A stretch of 62,677 nucleotides of DNA, the filler included, from Sphacelaria rigidula (lineage: Eukaryota), in assembly GCA_964200075.2 (NCBI GenBank). It is 9 parts of 9 records of this genome, joined end to end, with 100 filler letters (N's around TTAATTAATTAA, not from the genome) between each part and the next. Parts side by side here need not be neighbours in the genome. Positions count along the whole stretch, not along the records: positions 55,803 to 62,677 come from CAXNAA020017633.1; 8 more parts are not named here. One strand, 5' to 3'. This document shows, in pieces, positions 62,087 through 62,677 of the stretch. The notes below the pieces were generated by a model. The model ran no database searches. It saw only the letters and a list, made by a program, of their open reading frames with translations, and was not told the DNA's origin. Numbering within the stretch: the stretch's first letter is position 1; every line of letters starts with the position of its first letter. The position numbers and the translations under genes are program-made.

Positions 62087-62677
62087 TTGGAAAAGTGTCA
62101 TGATTTTTTTTTTTGTGATTTTTTGTGATTTTTTTCATTTTTTTTATTGATGCTGAATGAAAGCGATAAATAAATACTGACGAAAACCGAAAAGTCTGGC
62201 GGGCTTTGCGAGCTTTGGATATTTGCTTCTGCTCCTTGCCCGCCCTGTCCCGATGACCTCGGATGCCGCCAACGCTCACACACATCCATGTAAAATACAC
62301 GAGCGCACGGTAGCGACAGCCTGTAGCTAAGGTAGCAACATTATCTCACGTCTCGCGAAGTTTGCCTGGACTCCTACAGTAGTGGTGGGTAGTCGAGGCA
62401 CACGACACGGAACATGATCCCATAAATGTAATCATGGTAGGTGATGGGCCTGGAGGGGCAGTGTGTCCGTCATCTCAGCGGTCTCCGTGCCAAGGATCTC
62501 TAAACACGGCAGCTGACCGCATCCGCCAACGCCTCGGCTATAACCTGGGAACACCGGGCTGGGTGCATCCCCACCCGCCCTCTTCAGCCTGGTCCGGCGA
62601 GAACCCGGCGTGCTCCGTCCCGGCTTTGTAGGGACGGACGCCCGAGGTGGTTGTCGCCGATTGGCGATGACGCGTTA

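Overview
This is eukaryotic, intron-rich, repeat-rich DNA, most consistent with a brown alga (Phaeophyceae). That assignment is an inference from gene families, roughly 1-kb introns and TE content. The window is not one locus: it is nine unrelated contigs of 6875-6876 bp joined by 100-bp artificial spacers (N44-TTAATTAATTAA-N44). I reconstructed eight partial spliced genes by hand from GT-AG junctions and phase. They are a secreted Cys-rich protein resembling the brown-algal EsV-1-163-like family, an ABC1/UbiB atypical kinase, a NELF-B/COBRA1 homologue, an unknown coiled-coil protein, a C-factor-like SDR with HxxxK instead of YxxxK, RBM19/MRD1 head-to-head with MDP1, and an alpha/beta hydrolase. 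Mobile DNA includes degenerate Ty1/copia, Ty3/gypsy and DIRS/Ngaro (tyrosine-recombinase) retroelements, LINE 3' tails, two tRNA-derived SINE families and several MITE families. The best leads are the NELF-B homologue, an inverted duplication of a mariner transposase 5' end (a possible silencing hairpin), a perfect 59-bp intronic hairpin, an exon bracketed by inverted LINE tails, and three DNA-transposon insertions nested in the gypsy pol. I found no CRISPR array, rRNA or intact tRNA.
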